Shown: positions 25,517 to 42,371, numbered from the stretch's first letter. The stretch is DNA of 64,000 nt from Octopus vulgaris (GCA_951406725.2 OX597835.1:38316001-38380000); one strand, 5' to 3'. The notes: a model not told the origin generated them from the sequence alone. Numbers and translations are program-made.

Positions 25517-26256
25517 CCCTTTCGTTACTATATTTCTGACCAAAATACACCCCTTATGTGTTTCAATTAATTTCTAAAGTAATCATAAATTTAGTCTGGT
25601 TTCATTAAACAACTATAACCTTTTTATTTATCAATATATTAACATGAATTTTGGAAGATAATTTAATGAAATGTTCTCAACCAATTCTATACTATAATTT
25701 TTGTCACAAAGTGACTCTAATTGCAGGTAGATACAGGTAAATTCAACAAAATATAAAATTATTAAAATTTTGTTCAAACATCGCTATAGAAAATGGGTTA
25801 TTAGCTAATATTCAATTGGGTATACAACAAAATTTTACGATAGAATTTGTTATTCTGGGTAACTTTCTGATACCTATAATAATATTTATGGTAAAATAGG
25901 CCTTAATTTCATTTAAGGTTGTGGGAAATAACAAACTATCTTTTCTTTCGCTTTGTTTACGTTTAGCGTAACAGTTCGTTTCCGCCGTAATGATTTCAAA
26001 TGGGCTCATTCGAAAAAGTAAAAAGAAATAGTCTAAGGCTTTACTCTTCTGGGAAAGTCTGTTGCTTGGTCCAGTTTCTTCAGAAAAATCACCGAAAGAA
26101 ACAGTTTTTAAATTTTCACTCCATTCGGGTGCCAATTCATTTTCTTTATCGCTGTCGGAGCTCTCGGATTCACTGTTTTCACTTTAATCGTTGCAAACTT
26201 GCAAAGAGAAAGTCGTAGAAATTAGAGTGATAGCGTGAGTGAATCAGATCGCTCCC

Positions 26257-26294
<38 letters not shown>

Positions 26295-26345
26295 CTATAG
26301 CCCACACTAAGAAAAGCACTTGACTAACACACCACAATGTGAGTT
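25517..26345 (-). mobile_element. piggyBac-derived element, internally deleted, one TIR visible
   Basis: TTAA|CCCTTTCG end at 25513-25524; ORF 25812-26135 ALDYFFLLF..IITAETNCYA..TTLNEIKAYF.I.II.GIRKLP resembles the PGBD transposase N-terminal domain. Confidence 0.8.
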
Positions 26346-26359
26346 TTCTCTAAATTTTG

Positions 26360-26517
26360 TTTAATTGGGGTTGAAATTTTAAAAACTGGACCTGGCACGA
26401 CCCGATTTATTCTACTCTTAAAAATGCTAGGTAAATTGTAATTGAAGAAATCCTATATTGTAGATTTCTATAAGAGACAAAGGGAGGCAGATAAAATCTG
26501 CCTTTTATAATAAGAGA
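26360..26517 (-). mobile_element. 5' end of a third Helitron-like family
   Basis: Minus a|TCtcttattataaaag start like other Helitron 5' ends; hairpin ggcagat-aaa-atctgcc; no 3' CTRR end seen. Confidence 0.45.
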
Positions 26518-26582
26518 TATATGTATATATGCATATATATTTATATATATGTATAAATATATATACATACATACATATATAC

Positions 26583-26661
<79 letters not shown>

Positions 26662-26663
<2 letters not shown>

Positions 26664-26731
26664 AAATCAAAATAAGCAACGAGGATATCCAGAGGTACCC
26701 CTGGATATGCTTGTTGCTTATTTTGATTTTA
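26662..26731. repeat. ~70 bp near-perfect palindrome abutting (TA)n
   Basis: taaaatcaaaataagcaacgaggatatccag..ctggatatgcttgttgcttattttgatttta. Confidence 0.9.
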
Positions 26732-26850
26732 ATCACCATATTTTGAAATTGTATGGATAATACTGTACTAAATTCTCGTGCCCCAACTTAAGTACCATCC
26801 ATATTCATCTGAATCTAAATTTTTACTGAACTCACCTACCATATTTATAT

Positions 26851-26940
<90 letters not shown>

Positions 26941-27662
26941 CTTTGTGTGAGTGTGTGTGAGTGTGTGTAAGTGTGTGTGAGTGTGTGTGTGTATGAATGT
27001 GTGAGGAGGTATTAAACGTGATATGTTGTATATTGTGTTCTGTAGTTTAAATCTCTAATGCATTGTTACCTTAATACGAGAGAAAAAGATTAATTCTTGA
27101 ATATCAATTTGTAGATTTTCAAATCATAAACCATTTCATTATATATTTAATATATTTTACTATTAATGCAATGTCTAATTTATTTCTGCAATACATCACA
27201 AAGATGTACTCGAGAAAAAAAGTACGCGAAGTTTTACATGTACACTGAAATACTACATATACAACCACGAAACATGTATATACCTAAGTACATGCATACA
27301 AACACACACACATACACACACACACACACATATGATGCACAAAATCTAATTAAAAACACCTTGTGTAAACGTGGTTTGAAGTTAAGAGCAAGTTGACACG
27401 TAATATTCCAAAAAAACATATTTTTATATGCATGTAAATATGTATATATTTTTGTATGTGTATATATATATATATATATATACACAGAAGGATAGATAAA
27501 TCGATTGCTATATAAATATGTATGTGTATATCTTTACGTCTATGTATCTAAATATATACATGCATAAATTATACATACGCGTATATATGTATACACACCT
27601 AGCTAACTAGCTCCGCTGTCTCTCCTGTTCTCTTTCTCCCTATGAATATATATATATATGTT

Positions 27663-27801
<139 letters not shown>

Positions 27802-28049
27802 CTTCGATATTGACGGCATGCAATAATAAATCAATGTAGGTGAGGTCTGAGTGAGAAACGTAGAAAGAGAGCGATATGAGAAGGATGAATGGAGAGAGAG
27901 AGAGAGAGAGGGAGAGGGAGAGAGAGAGAGAGAGGGAGAGGGAGAGAGAGAGGAGGTAGAACTGAAAAACAAAATTAAAAAATTATCAAAGAATACATAA
28001 AAGAGACACGCAAAAGAAATTTTCAATCGGAATCGAATGAATTGAGAAA

Positions 28050-28146
28050 TGGTAATAATAATACAGATAGTAGTAATAGTAGTAGTAGTTGTAGTAGTAG
28101 TAATAGTAGTAGTAGTAGCAGCAGCAGCAGCAGCAACAACAACAAC

Positions 28147-28196
<50 letters not shown>

Positions 28197-28272
28197 TAAT
28201 AATAATAATGATGATGATGATAATAACACCATTAGCAATAGTGATAATCATAACAACAACAACAACAACAAC

Positions 28273-28361
<89 letters not shown>

Positions 28362-28497
28362 TAATAATGATAATAATAATAATAATAGTAATAGTGTCTA
28401 TAACAACACTAATAATCATGTTAATAATAATAATAGCAATAATAATACATATAATATCAAGAATAATTATGATGAATATAACGACAAAAATAACAAC

Positions 28498-28585
<88 letters not shown>

Positions 28586-28605
28586 GTAACAATAATAATA
28601 AATAA
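28050..28605. repeat. (AAT)n-dominated compound trinucleotide tract
   Basis: Direct reading. Confidence 0.95.
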
Positions 28606-29587
28606 ATCCTTTACTAAACTTTTAATATCAGGACGGATATTTTTATTTATTTAATTATTTAATTATATAATTATGCTTTTTTTTTCCTTTCCATTTTTCT
28701 GTGGCAGCAAAAACAAAATAAATAAATTAAATTAAAAAAAACAAGTAAATAAATAAATTAAAAGTCGTTCAATGATGTTAAAATTTCATTTAATTGAAAA
28801 TTGTATCCATTAATGATTGTTCTAATTTTCAACAACGATAGAATAAAAAACAACATATTTTTTATTATTTGTCTTTGTTTAATATTTCTGTTTTTCTCTT
28901 TTCTTTTTGTAATATATGTATGATTCCACATGTATGTATGCTTGTATGAATATATATGTATACATTTATATATATATGTATATATATATATGTATGTATG
29001 CTTCTATTTATGTTTGTATATGTGTATATATATATACGTGCATATGTGTGCGCTTGTATACTACTATATGTGTTTGTATGCTAGTATATGTGTTTGTTTG
29101 TCTGTGCATGTGTATATACTTGTATGTATCTTTGCTTGAATATGTATAACTGTATATGTATTTGTGTTTGTATAAGTGTCTATATTTGTATATATGTGTA
29201 TACGTTTGTATGAGTCCGTATATTTGTCCGTATATTGTACATATGAGTCCGTATATTTGCATATGTATATACATATACGTATGTATGTATGTATGTATGT
29301 ATGTATGTATGTATGTATGTATGTATGTATGTATATATGTATATATGTATGCATGTATGTGTGTAAACGTGTACGCGTGGTTCAGTATGTGTCTGTGAGC
29401 GAGTATTTGTGTATGTATGTAAATGTTTGTATATGTGTGTATGTTCGTGTACACCAGATTCTGTCTTTGCATTTGTGAGTGTACATTTGTATATATATGT
29501 AAATGTATGTATGTATACTTGTTTTTATTCTGTATATATGAGTATGTCTAAACAAGTATATGAATGTCTATATCTACGAGTACGTGA

Positions 29588-29664
<77 letters not shown>

Positions 29665-30144
29665 TGTGTGTGTGTCAGTGATTTTGTTTGAATATGTGTG
29701 AATATGTACGTCTGGTTTCTCTGTGCTTTTGCGTATGTGATCGCATAATATCTTTATGAGTCTGTATTTGTGTATGTGTGTATGTGTGTATGTGTGTGTG
29801 TGTGTATGTGTGATACGTTTACGTAGTTATTGCTTAGTCGATAAAGTGGGTGCGTCGTAATAAATTATGTTGTCTCTCATCAACAATACCAACACAGATG
29901 AAGTGAAAGGAAACATGATGAAAAACGATGTCATTATTAAGTCATGTTGAGAGTAATGGAGTGAGAAAAACTAAGAGAGAGAGGGAGAAGGAGAGAGGGA
30001 GAGAGACAAAGAGAAAGGGAGAAGAGGAGATTATATGTGTGTATATGTATGAGTAGACAGATACTGAAAATTTCGAGATTATTCGGCAAAAAGGATTTTG
30101 ATGTTGCTTTCACCCACAACTACAACGAATATACTCAATTATCT

Positions 30145-31780
<1,636 letters not shown>

Positions 31781-32077
31781 TCTTTATATATAAAAGTGAA
31801 GTTGTGTGTCTGTCTCCTACGATTTAGATTCCTAACAACTCCCACATTTTGCGGTGCAGTTTAACCAAAACCAGGTATCTTATAGTCGTGATTCATATCG
31901 AGCCCTTCTTAGTATTAGCGCGCGTCTACGATGAGTCTACGATTTAAAAAAAAAATTACCATCATTTTTTCCATTTTAACGCATTTTTTCGCTATTATAT
32001 AAGGGAAGTAACTCTCTAAAAATGCTTATATAGTTATTTCCCTTACAAACCCGAGCAACGCCGGGCGATACTGCTAG
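31781..32077 (+). mobile_element. Non-autonomous Helitron (family 1), complete
   Basis: a|TC start, subterminal hairpin cccg-agcaacgc-cggg, CTAG|t end, no TSD. Confidence 0.92.
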
Positions 32078-32124
32078 TATATATATATATTTCGTCACAA
32101 ATTTCTCTCACTCTTTCCTCCTGT

Positions 32125-32240
32125 ATCCAGCAGCTGACCTGCGACGGGCCGGCATCGCGTCCAGTTGGGGAACTTATACGTCAATGTAATCGGGAAACCG
32201 GCTCTTATGAGCCAGGTATGGCTCGAGAAGGAACAAACAA
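32125..32240 (+). mobile_element. 3' fragment of a SINE (shares 3' region with 50090-50342)
   Basis: ctgcgacgggccggcatcgcgtccag..gggaaaccggctcttatgag..ctcgagaagg. Confidence 0.6.
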
Positions 32241-32559
32241 AAACATATATATATATGTGTGTGTGTGTGTGTTTGTGTGTGTGCGTGTTTGTGTGTATGT
32301 GTATATATATATATATATATATCTTAGACGGGTGATATTCCCTCGCTGTTACATCACTCTGACTTCTCCCTCTCTGATGGCGGTAGACTCAGCCTACGGT
32401 ACCCTTACACAATATAATGATCCACATGCTTAGCTCTTGTAGAAACAGCTGTAGGTGACTCTGTATGTCTAAATTCTCAATCTAGATTAAATGTCTTTTA
32501 CAAGTGATGCCAAAATGTTTGCTTTCCCACGTTTATTTTATTACTTATATATATATATA

Positions 32560-32915
32560 GCTGTGTGGTAAGTAGCTTGCTTACCAACCACATGGTTCCG
32601 GGTTCAGTCCCACTGCGTGACACATTGGGCAAGTGTCTTCTACTATAGCCTCGGGCCGACCAAAGCATTGTGAGTGGATTTGGTTGACGGAAACTGAAAG
32701 AAGCCGGTCGGATATATGTATATATTTATGCATGTGTGTGTATATGTTTGTGTGTCTGTGTTTGTCCCCCCCCCCCAAATCACTTGACAACCGATGCTGG
32801 TGTGTTTACGTCCCCGATAGAATAAGTACTAGGCTTACAAAGAATAAGTCCTGGGGTCGATTTGTTCGACTAAAGGCGGTGATCGAGCATGACTGAAAGA
32901 AGTAAAAGAGATTAA
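32560..32915 (+). mobile_element. SINE family A
   Basis: gctgtgtggtaagtagcttgc..gggttcagtccc..; small internal deletions. Confidence 0.9.
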
Positions 32916-32951
32916 GTGATAAAGAGATGCATATATGTATATATATATATG

Positions 32952-32988
<37 letters not shown>

Positions 32989-33159
32989 TTGTATATGTGT
33001 GTATATGCGTGTGTATCTATATATTTTACATAATCTTGGTAATAACCTTATAATGTGCATTCCAAAGCTTCTCTGCGGTTATCAGCTACCATATGCCATC
33101 ATACAGCAGGAATACACCTTTTATCGCATATACATATAGAAGTTCGTTGCTGTATGCAG

Positions 33160-33271
<112 letters not shown>

Positions 33272-33367
33272 GGTTGGACCGCTCGTGTTTTTGACGCTCG
33301 AATCGATCTAATTAATTGCATTTCTGACAAACTCTACCGAAGATTTATAGATGTGAGTATTGGAAGT

Positions 33368-33410
33368 CCACCTGAAGATTGTCGATCAAGACAAGAAACG
33401 ATTGTAGTGG
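33368..33410 (+). ncRNA. Minimal type I hammerhead ribozyme motif, intact core
   Basis: ccac-CTGAAGA-ttgtc-gatcaa-gacaa-GAAAC-gatt-GTA-gtgg; stems I and II perfect; sits in a ~220 bp island between two (TA)n tracts. Confidence 0.75.
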
Positions 33411-33498
33411 CGGTTTTTTTGACTATTTATTAAAATTTTATGTATTGATTAAGTCTTTCCTTGTTTGTTTTGCAAAATAGTGGTTTTGTCTCTAATAA

Positions 33499-33566
<68 letters not shown>

Positions 33567-33744
33567 AATATAAAGATATATATGTATATATACATATAAA
33601 TAAATAAATAAATATATATATATATATATATATATATTCATTATTTCACATTTTGAAAGCAGATTTAGAGTTTTAGTCAAGCAACACTCCCTCTATATAC
33701 ATCCTCATTAGAAATTATATACATATAGAAGGTTTTCAAACACT

Positions 33745-34490
33745 CACCAATCACAATTGAAAATATTGCTGCATACAACATTAGGATAGTTTCTGAGCTC
33801 TCTGAAGGCATGAATATCTTCAAACAAATCTCCCCTATTATATCTATCTACTAGCAAGGAGTAGTTGTAAGTAGAAACTTGTATTCAAGTAGCATAATCT
33901 CCATAATAAATGAACCAGCAAGAGTAATTTATAATACATGAATTATAGTATAAATGTATCCACTGACCACTACCACAAGGAAAAGCTTCCTGTCCCTGGT
34001 AATGTAATATTGTCTATCGGTGCATAAGTTCAAAAAATTGCTTAATATTAATAACATTAAGGTCAGCTATTCTTGCCAGGATACTATTGATTTCTAAATT
34101 TCAATCTATTATATTAAACTCATACCTAGAGAGCTGTCACTCTAAAGTGGAAGGCTCTGATGATCGTATCTTTTCAAAAAGGTTTATGTGTAGTAACTAT
34201 AACTTCTGTAGATGGTATCGAGAAGAGCTATCAGGTGCTATGTTAAGCGGTTTTAAGTACCGATATAACATGCATCTACACTCACTCGTGCTGCTTATGT
34301 ATAGCGAGAACGGGATCACTTTGTCTTAGAGACAGCCGAATCTTGTTAGGAAATATGGTAAACAAATTGAAATGTACACGAAACTGAAGGTTATGCTTGA
34401 TAAAGACTATCTCTGCGCAGTCATCAAAGATACTTCCTTCTGAAAAATTACCAGCCTCTCCAAATTCCAAAAGTTTGGCTAAATAGATAC
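33745..34490 (-). pseudogene. Highly decayed Helitron Pif1-like helicase C-terminal half
   Basis: Minus-strand pieces in the expected order: YLAKLLEFGE, YYT*TFLKRYD..SLP, IINYS, QLLLASR, LKIFMP, NVVCSNIF (cf. LL.IG.G, YPTEFLNSL..GLP, TINKSQG, QLYVA.SR, NVVY.EIF). Confidence 0.45.
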
Positions 34491-34513
34491 CTGTGATAAT
34501 TTCATATCATATC

Positions 34514-34787
34514 TGTTGTAACTTAATTTGTTACGTACAATAAATAAGATAACCAGATAACAATAACAACAATGCAACGAACTAACAAATCTCTTTACGA
34601 ACCAACAATCAATATTCCTTGAGAACTAACCAACCAACACCTTCCGACTTCACTGCGAACTAACACGGACTCCAAACTCTGAACACTCGAACTTCCTAAC
34701 TCACTTGGATCGTTACTATTCATACTTTGCTCGGACCAGTCTATCTCTCGCAAGGGGGTATCACAACTTTCATCACATCTCCCTTTT
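34514..34787 (-). mobile_element. Probable retrotransposon 3' LTR with polypurine tract
   Basis: Minus: aaaagggaga (PPT) directly followed by TGtgatg..264 bp..ttacaaCA. Confidence 0.5.
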
Positions 34788-35219
34788 GAGATTTCGACTA
34801 CTGTGAGAAAGTGAGAATTTCTTTTTTTTTCTTTCCAGCATCACTCCCTCATTGTTTCCAGCTGTCGTATCTTAAATGTTGCCCGAATTTTTAAGTAGTG
34901 TTGTTCATTGCTCAGCGCTTTTTCTTTTCGCTAATCCTTGTTAGCAATCTTTTTCTTTCTTTTTTATTTTTTGAAATTTCAATGTCTTTTTCGTTTGCGT
35001 ATCTCTCTTTTACAAACTTAACGCCAATGTCAGCAGCAGTCATGTTCAGTAAAAAAACCAACGATCAGCTGACCGACGGCAACCAATAAGAGCCGGCGTA
35101 GTCGAATTTTTAGATATATTTTTTTACCACTGTCCAGTTCAACCAGAATCGTTTGATCGAGAAACTCTGAGCAGCAATACAATACGCATTCCATAATACG
35201 TATAAGATATATGATACAT

Positions 35220-35249
35220 ATTGGGCATACATATATATGTCTATATGCC

Positions 35250-35347
<98 letters not shown>

Positions 35348-35426
35348 AGGAAGTGTATGAAATACTAAAAGAAGAATTTGCCATTTGCATAGTGCTAAAA
35401 AACACGTTATACACACATACAAGTAC

Positions 35427-35496
<70 letters not shown>

Positions 35497-35532
35497 TGGG
35501 CATACATATATATGTCTATATGCCTCTGTCTG

Positions 35533-35578
<46 letters not shown>

Positions 35579-35665
35579 CTTCTGTCCGTCTATTATCTTT
35601 CGGTATGTATGTGTGTGTGTGTGTATGTGTGTGTGTGTGTGTGTGTTTGTATATATCAGGAAGTG
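35220..35665. repeat. Local tandem duplication of a microsatellite-bearing unit
   Basis: ttgggcatacatatatatgtctatatgcctctgtctgtct(atct)n..tcaggaagtg occurs at ~35221 and ~35496. Confidence 0.85.
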
Positions 35666-35740
35666 AGCAAAAACAAGGGAATGAGAAAATGAAAGGAACA
35701 AGTTTTAACAATGTGATTAATTGTAGAACTAAATAGAAAG

Positions 35741-35780
35741 ACTCTTTAACGTTTCGGAGGATAATCCTTCATCAGAACAA
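35741..35780 (-). ncRNA. Degenerate hammerhead-like motif of Penelope type
   Basis: Minus CTGATGA-a-gga-ttatcc-tcc-GAAACGTTA; stem I weak. Confidence 0.4.
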
Positions 35781-36402
35781 CTGAAGAAAAGAAAGAAGAG
35801 GGATAAAAAGAAGAAAAGGTGGTGACGGTGGTGGTTGTGGGAAAATAGGCGTCTGCGGGCGTAAAATCACACAATTCATCGTAGCATACTTACTTTCTGT
35901 GTTACGAATTTTTGACTGGTAAGAAGAGGATAACACCAAAAAATACCCCCAAAAACTACCACTAACACCACCATAACAACCGACACTACCACCGACATTA
36001 CAACAAACAGTACAGTCACCACCAACAACACAACAAAACAACCACAACCACAGCAACAGCTAACACCACCACCACCACCACCACCATGACCACCACTTGC
36101 ACTATAATCAGTAACTATACCATCTACACTTCTCCATCAGCAAGTAAACATCTGACTTGACAGATGCAATTTATATATGACGTTGGTGGTATATAAATAC
36201 AACTTGTGACTTACATTTTCATTCCACATACATATGTACACATACATACATACATACATACATACATACATACATACATACATACATACATACATACATA
36301 GTACATACATACATACATACATAAATGTGTGTGTGTGTCTTTGTAGCTATATATGCGTATGTGCGGGTTATGAATATGAATGAATATGAATATGAGTATG
36401 CA

Positions 36403-36499
<97 letters not shown>

Positions 36500-36576
36500 G
36501 TATATGTATATGTATATGCATATCTATATGTATATATATATATTATGAGTATATATATTTCATACATACATATATG

Positions 36577-36619
<43 letters not shown>

Positions 36620-37547
36620 GTACGTACATACATATATATATATATATATACATACATACAGACATATATATATACATATATATATGTAAGTGAATATAAT
36701 TATGAATTATTCATATGTATATTGGTATATACACACATACACACACATGCATACACATACACGTATATGATTATATACACCATAAACACAGACAGACACA
36801 TAGGGATGTATATGCATTCGTTCTTGATTCCAGTTTTTGACGAGTCTCTTTGGTTTTTCCTATATGTGTGTGTGTACATGTATGTCGAAATAAGTATATG
36901 TATCGTGTACATGTGTATGTGTGTGTGCGTATGAGTTGTATGTACGTGTGTAGACTACTGGATGTCTAGGGCTGAATAAGTATACACATACATACATACA
37001 TACATACATGCATACATACATACATACAAACATATGTGTATAGATATATGTATGTATACAGGCTTAAATACATATATATATATGCATTTGTATGTATGTA
37101 AATGTATACATATATACATACGTGTGAAGGGCGTATTTGTGTGTCAATATGGACTTATATAAATACTCATTCAGACATATACACATATACAAATATATAT
37201 GAGGTGTTTATATTTCATATGCATCTTATTATTGTGAGTAAAGTTGAACTCGTGGAAGCTCATGTGCCGTTGCAGTCAGGATTTATGAAGAGAAACGTAT
37301 GCAATAGTCAGTATTTCTAAATATGTTTACAATTAGACATACGAGGCAGAGGGGTCCCCCCACCACCACATGCATACGGACAGTTTAAATATATGCAAGA
37401 AAAGTGAGAGGCTGCCTCTTGCAGAGTAATGAATGCATTGAAAACTCAGAGTAACAACGCTGAGAAATCTCAGCACGACGAAATATACACGCACGCATAC
37501 ATGCACATATATAACACACACACACATGTGTATTTAAATATATATAT

Positions 37548-37578
<31 letters not shown>

Positions 37579-37580
<2 letters not shown>

Positions 37581-37912
37581 AAGGCGCATGGCTCAATGGT
37601 TAGAGCGTCGGGCTTAAGATCGTGAGGTTGTGAGTTCGATTCCCGGACCGGGCTGCGTGTTGTGTTCCTGAGCAAGACACTTTATTTCACGTTGCTCCAT
37701 TTTATGCAACTGCAGAAATGAGCTGCAACATCACTGGTGCCAAGCTGTATCTGTCTTTGCCTTTCACTTGGATAACCTCAGTGGTGTGGAGAGGGGAGGC
37801 TGGTATGCATGGGCGACTGCTGGCCTTCCACAAGCAATCTTGTCCGGACCTGTGCCTCGGAAGGTAACATTCTAGGAGCTATCCGATGGTCATTCATGAC
37901 CGAAGGAGTCCC
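37579..37912 (+). mobile_element. SINE family C, full length
   Basis: tRNA-like head ggcgcaTGGCTCAATGGttagagcg..GAGTTCGATTCC, then ttgtgttcctgagcaagacac; 3' part matches the reverse complement of 55355-55590. Confidence 0.85.
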
Positions 37913-37933
37913 CAATATGTGTGTGTATATACA

Positions 37934-37979
<46 letters not shown>

Positions 37980-38231
37980 TATGTATGCATGTATGTATGT
38001 ATATGTGTGTGTGTGTGTGTCCGACAACGGGAACGTGAAACTCTGAGTAGCAGTTTTAGTGATGTCATTGCAGCATTTTTAATAAAACATATTACTCTAC
38101 ATCCGGTATTCGAGTACTATTTTTCCTAGCTCTTTTCGAATTTACTCTGGTATACGTATATACATATATGTATATATGCATCTATATATATGTAGATACA
38201 TATATACATACATACATATATACATATACAT

Positions 38232-38266
<35 letters not shown>

Positions 38267-38915
38267 CTTATATGTATATATGTATCTCTATCTCACTTCC
38301 TCACTCTCTCTCTCTCTCTCTCTTTCTCTCAATACATGTATATATATATATATATACATGCGCACATATTTATATAAACATACACACAAATGTTTACATA
38401 TGCATACATCAAGGTTTTGTTCGTGCGTATGTATGCAAATACACATGTGTTTAGACGCGTATGTATTTGTGTATGAGACTTTGCATTCGCATTGCGATTT
38501 CATCGAGAGATAGAGTGGAATAATGCTAAAATAATAGCTGTTCTTACATCATTAATAAACAGGAAACAAATAAGAAAAAATATAGTAAACCTGGCCTGCT
38601 TCTATTCTGCAGACACGAAACCAACTCAGCTGTCAACGAACGTTCACAACAATTTTCTAAATTTCGTTCATATATATATATATATATAAATATATGTATG
38701 TATGTATAGTTTCGAATATCTGTTCATGTAGTTATATTATTTATATATGGGGAGATAAAAGATAGATAAAATGTAAAAGTGTGAGGAGAGAATACGTGAT
38801 GCTAATATATATAGTAAAAAATATTTATACATCAGCCGAATGCAGAGAAGGAGAAAAAAAAATCAGATGCCTTTTGCGGTGTCAGTGTACGAACATATAT
38901 ATATATATGTACACT

Positions 38916-38964
<49 letters not shown>

Positions 38965-39198
38965 GTACTTGTATGTGTGTATAACGTGTTTTTTAGCACT
39001 ATGCAAATGGCAAATTCTTCTTTTAGTATTTCATATACTTTCTGATTTTATATACGCTGGAATAAACACATGCGAAATGCGTAAAAGTTATCCATCCATT
39101 CATTACTGGAATGCAAATACAAATGCACACACACATACATACATACATACACACTTACACATACATGCTTGTATATATAAGCATGTATGCATATATAT

Positions 39199-39278
<80 letters not shown>

Positions 39279-39882
39279 GTATATATATTCAGTGGTTCGT
39301 GTGTGTTTCTGAATATGTATGGCTTGAGTGTAATACCTTTTACTGTGAAATACAGTATTGTATAATGCACCAGCCATTGAAATTCATTTATTCATCCTGA
39401 TCTTACGTGACACATACATTTATACATCCATCCGTACGTGCGTACATTATCACTGACGTAAATATACATACGTAAAACACAAACATAGAGAAATACACAG
39501 ACAAAAGCATCCATATACATAAGTGAACACATATATAATATACACACATACGTATACGTATGTAAATATTGCGTTTATTTAATACTTAGAGTCCAAGTGT
39601 TCATTAAAAAACAACCGCTATTTAAATTCATATATTCATAATGGCTTCGTGTCACACATTTTATACATACATACTTGTATGTGAATATGCATATATGCAC
39701 AAGTACACCCAATCACATACAGACACACACACACATACAAGCACACGCATACATATACACACATGCATATGCACACTTGCATGTACATACTCGTATACAC
39801 ACGTGCGTACGAGTGTTGTGAGTATGAACTATAATTATAAAGCCGAGTGTATGATTCCTTTTTGCTGATGTTTCTTCGAATG

Positions 39883-40345
<463 letters not shown>

Positions 40346-40949
40346 TGAATGCGAGAAAAATATAAAATTAATAATAAACTTGCTTTGTATTATTTACCGC
40401 AAGTGCGACAGATTTGAGGACGTTAGAAGCACAAATTACTAATATGATTATGTTGTGCTTCCATAGAATCGAGTATCAGAACAGAAATATGGAAGTGAAC
40501 AGCACGGAAAGACGTGACATGAAGCGTTTCCATTGAAGACAGCAATCTGAAGACAATCATAGTTCCTGACAGATCACGTATTGAAGAGGGGGTGGGGGCT
40601 GAAAAACTGGTAAGTGAGGGAAAATGTGTCATTTTTGATTTTTTTTTGTTTTTTGTTATTTTCTTCCTATTTGATAGAAATCATTAGATTGTCAAGTTTT
40701 GCAGCAGCATCTTGTACTGTGGCATCATTTCTGGGAGTTAAAATTGGTCAGCATAGTTGTTGTTGTTTTTGAAGTCGAAGGAGTTTGAAACACGGTCAAG
40801 TGGCAGGTATTATTGTTTTTTGTTTTTTCAAGAATTTTTTCGTCAATTTTGACCTGATTCTAATTGAGGTTTCTATTAACAGCTGGATAATTTTGGGTGT
40901 TTAACAATCAATATTCTTTGTTCTGTTGGGTTCCATGTCAATTTTGTCC

Positions 40950-41612
40950 CACATTAATGTCTAATGTGCCAGAAAATCCATCATCATTACTCCGCGCTGG
41001 TCCCAAAAGACTGTAAGCATCACCTTGCATGCTGAGGGTTGGTCACGAGCCTTTTTTGAAGGTAGTGAGTAATCGTCGTTCCATTGCTTCGACTGGGCTT
41101 TAATCTCAGGATCGTAGTGATGGACCCATGTTTAATCCTGTGATAAGTCTATCGAAAAAGTCCTTCTCGTTTTCTTGGTGCATTGCCAAAAGAGCCTGGG
41201 AGCAATTGACTCCTTCCTTCTTCTGAAAATATGTGAGCATCCGGGAAATCCATCGTGGGGACAACTTCGGCTTGTGCAAATGGTCGTTAAGGAGTTTTTT
41301 CACGGACCTTACACTTATTTTCACTTCTTGGGCTAGTTCTAGCAACACAGGCTTTGGCTGGCCGGTACACAATCACGTCCACAACTACTGAGTTACCTGG
41401 CCATCGATTCTTGTTACCACTTAGAATTCCTTCAGTATTGTACGGACTACACCGATATTCGTGATGTACGTTACCAATAACGGTGACGTCAACCACATAT
41501 ACTGACTGGACTTTTCCTGCGAGATGCATCTCCAAAATGGCGGCTTCTACTTTATGGATGATGTCATCATCAATGGTGGAATGTGGTGGTCCAGGAATAG
41601 GAGCAGTTTCCA
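40950..41612 (-). pseudogene. Mariner transposase fragment with ~180 bp foreign insertion
   Basis: ETAPIPG.P..IHKVEAAILE, ELAQEVKIS..LSPRWISRMLT, FFDRLITG, TWVHHYDPE, KVMLTVFWDQRG motifs. Confidence 0.85.
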
Positions 41613-41740
41613 CTCACAAGGCTTTGGTCGGCCCGAGGCTGTAGTAGAATACACTTGCCCAAGGTGCCACGTAGTGGGACTTAACCCAGAACCATGTGGT
41701 TGGTAAGCAAGCTACTTACCACACAGCCACTCCTGCGCCT
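41610..41740 (-). mobile_element. SINE family A head
   Basis: ccactcacaaggctttggtcggcccgagg..cagccactcctgcgcct. Confidence 0.9.
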
Positions 41741-42304
41741 ATAAAAACTTGTAAAAACTTCTTACGATTGATTAATCTCAAGTCAGTTCTTGCAGCATTG
41801 ACAAGCCCATGATTGAAGGACAATCCAACCATGATTATCGCGACTATTTTCCAGCAGTAAAGCTTGCATATAAGATTACATATAATGTGTCATCCTTTTA
41901 GTAAGTGGTCTGGTGTGATTTAATTGAAATTTGACTGCTATGTTTAGTAGATCTATCGAACTAATTTTAGTGTTTAGTAGTAGATTGGATAGTAGTGATG
42001 GAAGTAAAAAACTGGGTTGGTGGCGATACACGAGAAAATATCGGTACTTCTTCAAATTGAAAAGATGAACGGATGATTGAAATGATAAAATTATTGAAGA
42101 CGAATAAAGAGAGAAAGTGAGAGAGAAAGAAGGGGAGGAGGCGAAGGATGAGAAGCATGAGCGGCAGGAGATAAGAATAACATAGAAAAAGGAAGAGGAG
42201 GGGGAAAGGAAGAAGGGAGAGGATTTTGTTTTGCGTATTTCGTTCTGCTGTTATGTTTCACATGGTTTTGGGGCAATAACAAATTGTTTCTGGTAAAAGA
42301 TAAA

Positions 42305-42339
42305 GAATAACAACAACAACAATAATAATGATGATGATG

Positions 42340-42371
<32 letters not shown>

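Noticed and set aside
37579-37655. tRNA gene (also 59320-59396 and SINE A heads)
   Set aside because: A/B boxes are present but there is no proper acceptor stem and the sequence continues into multicopy SINE bodies
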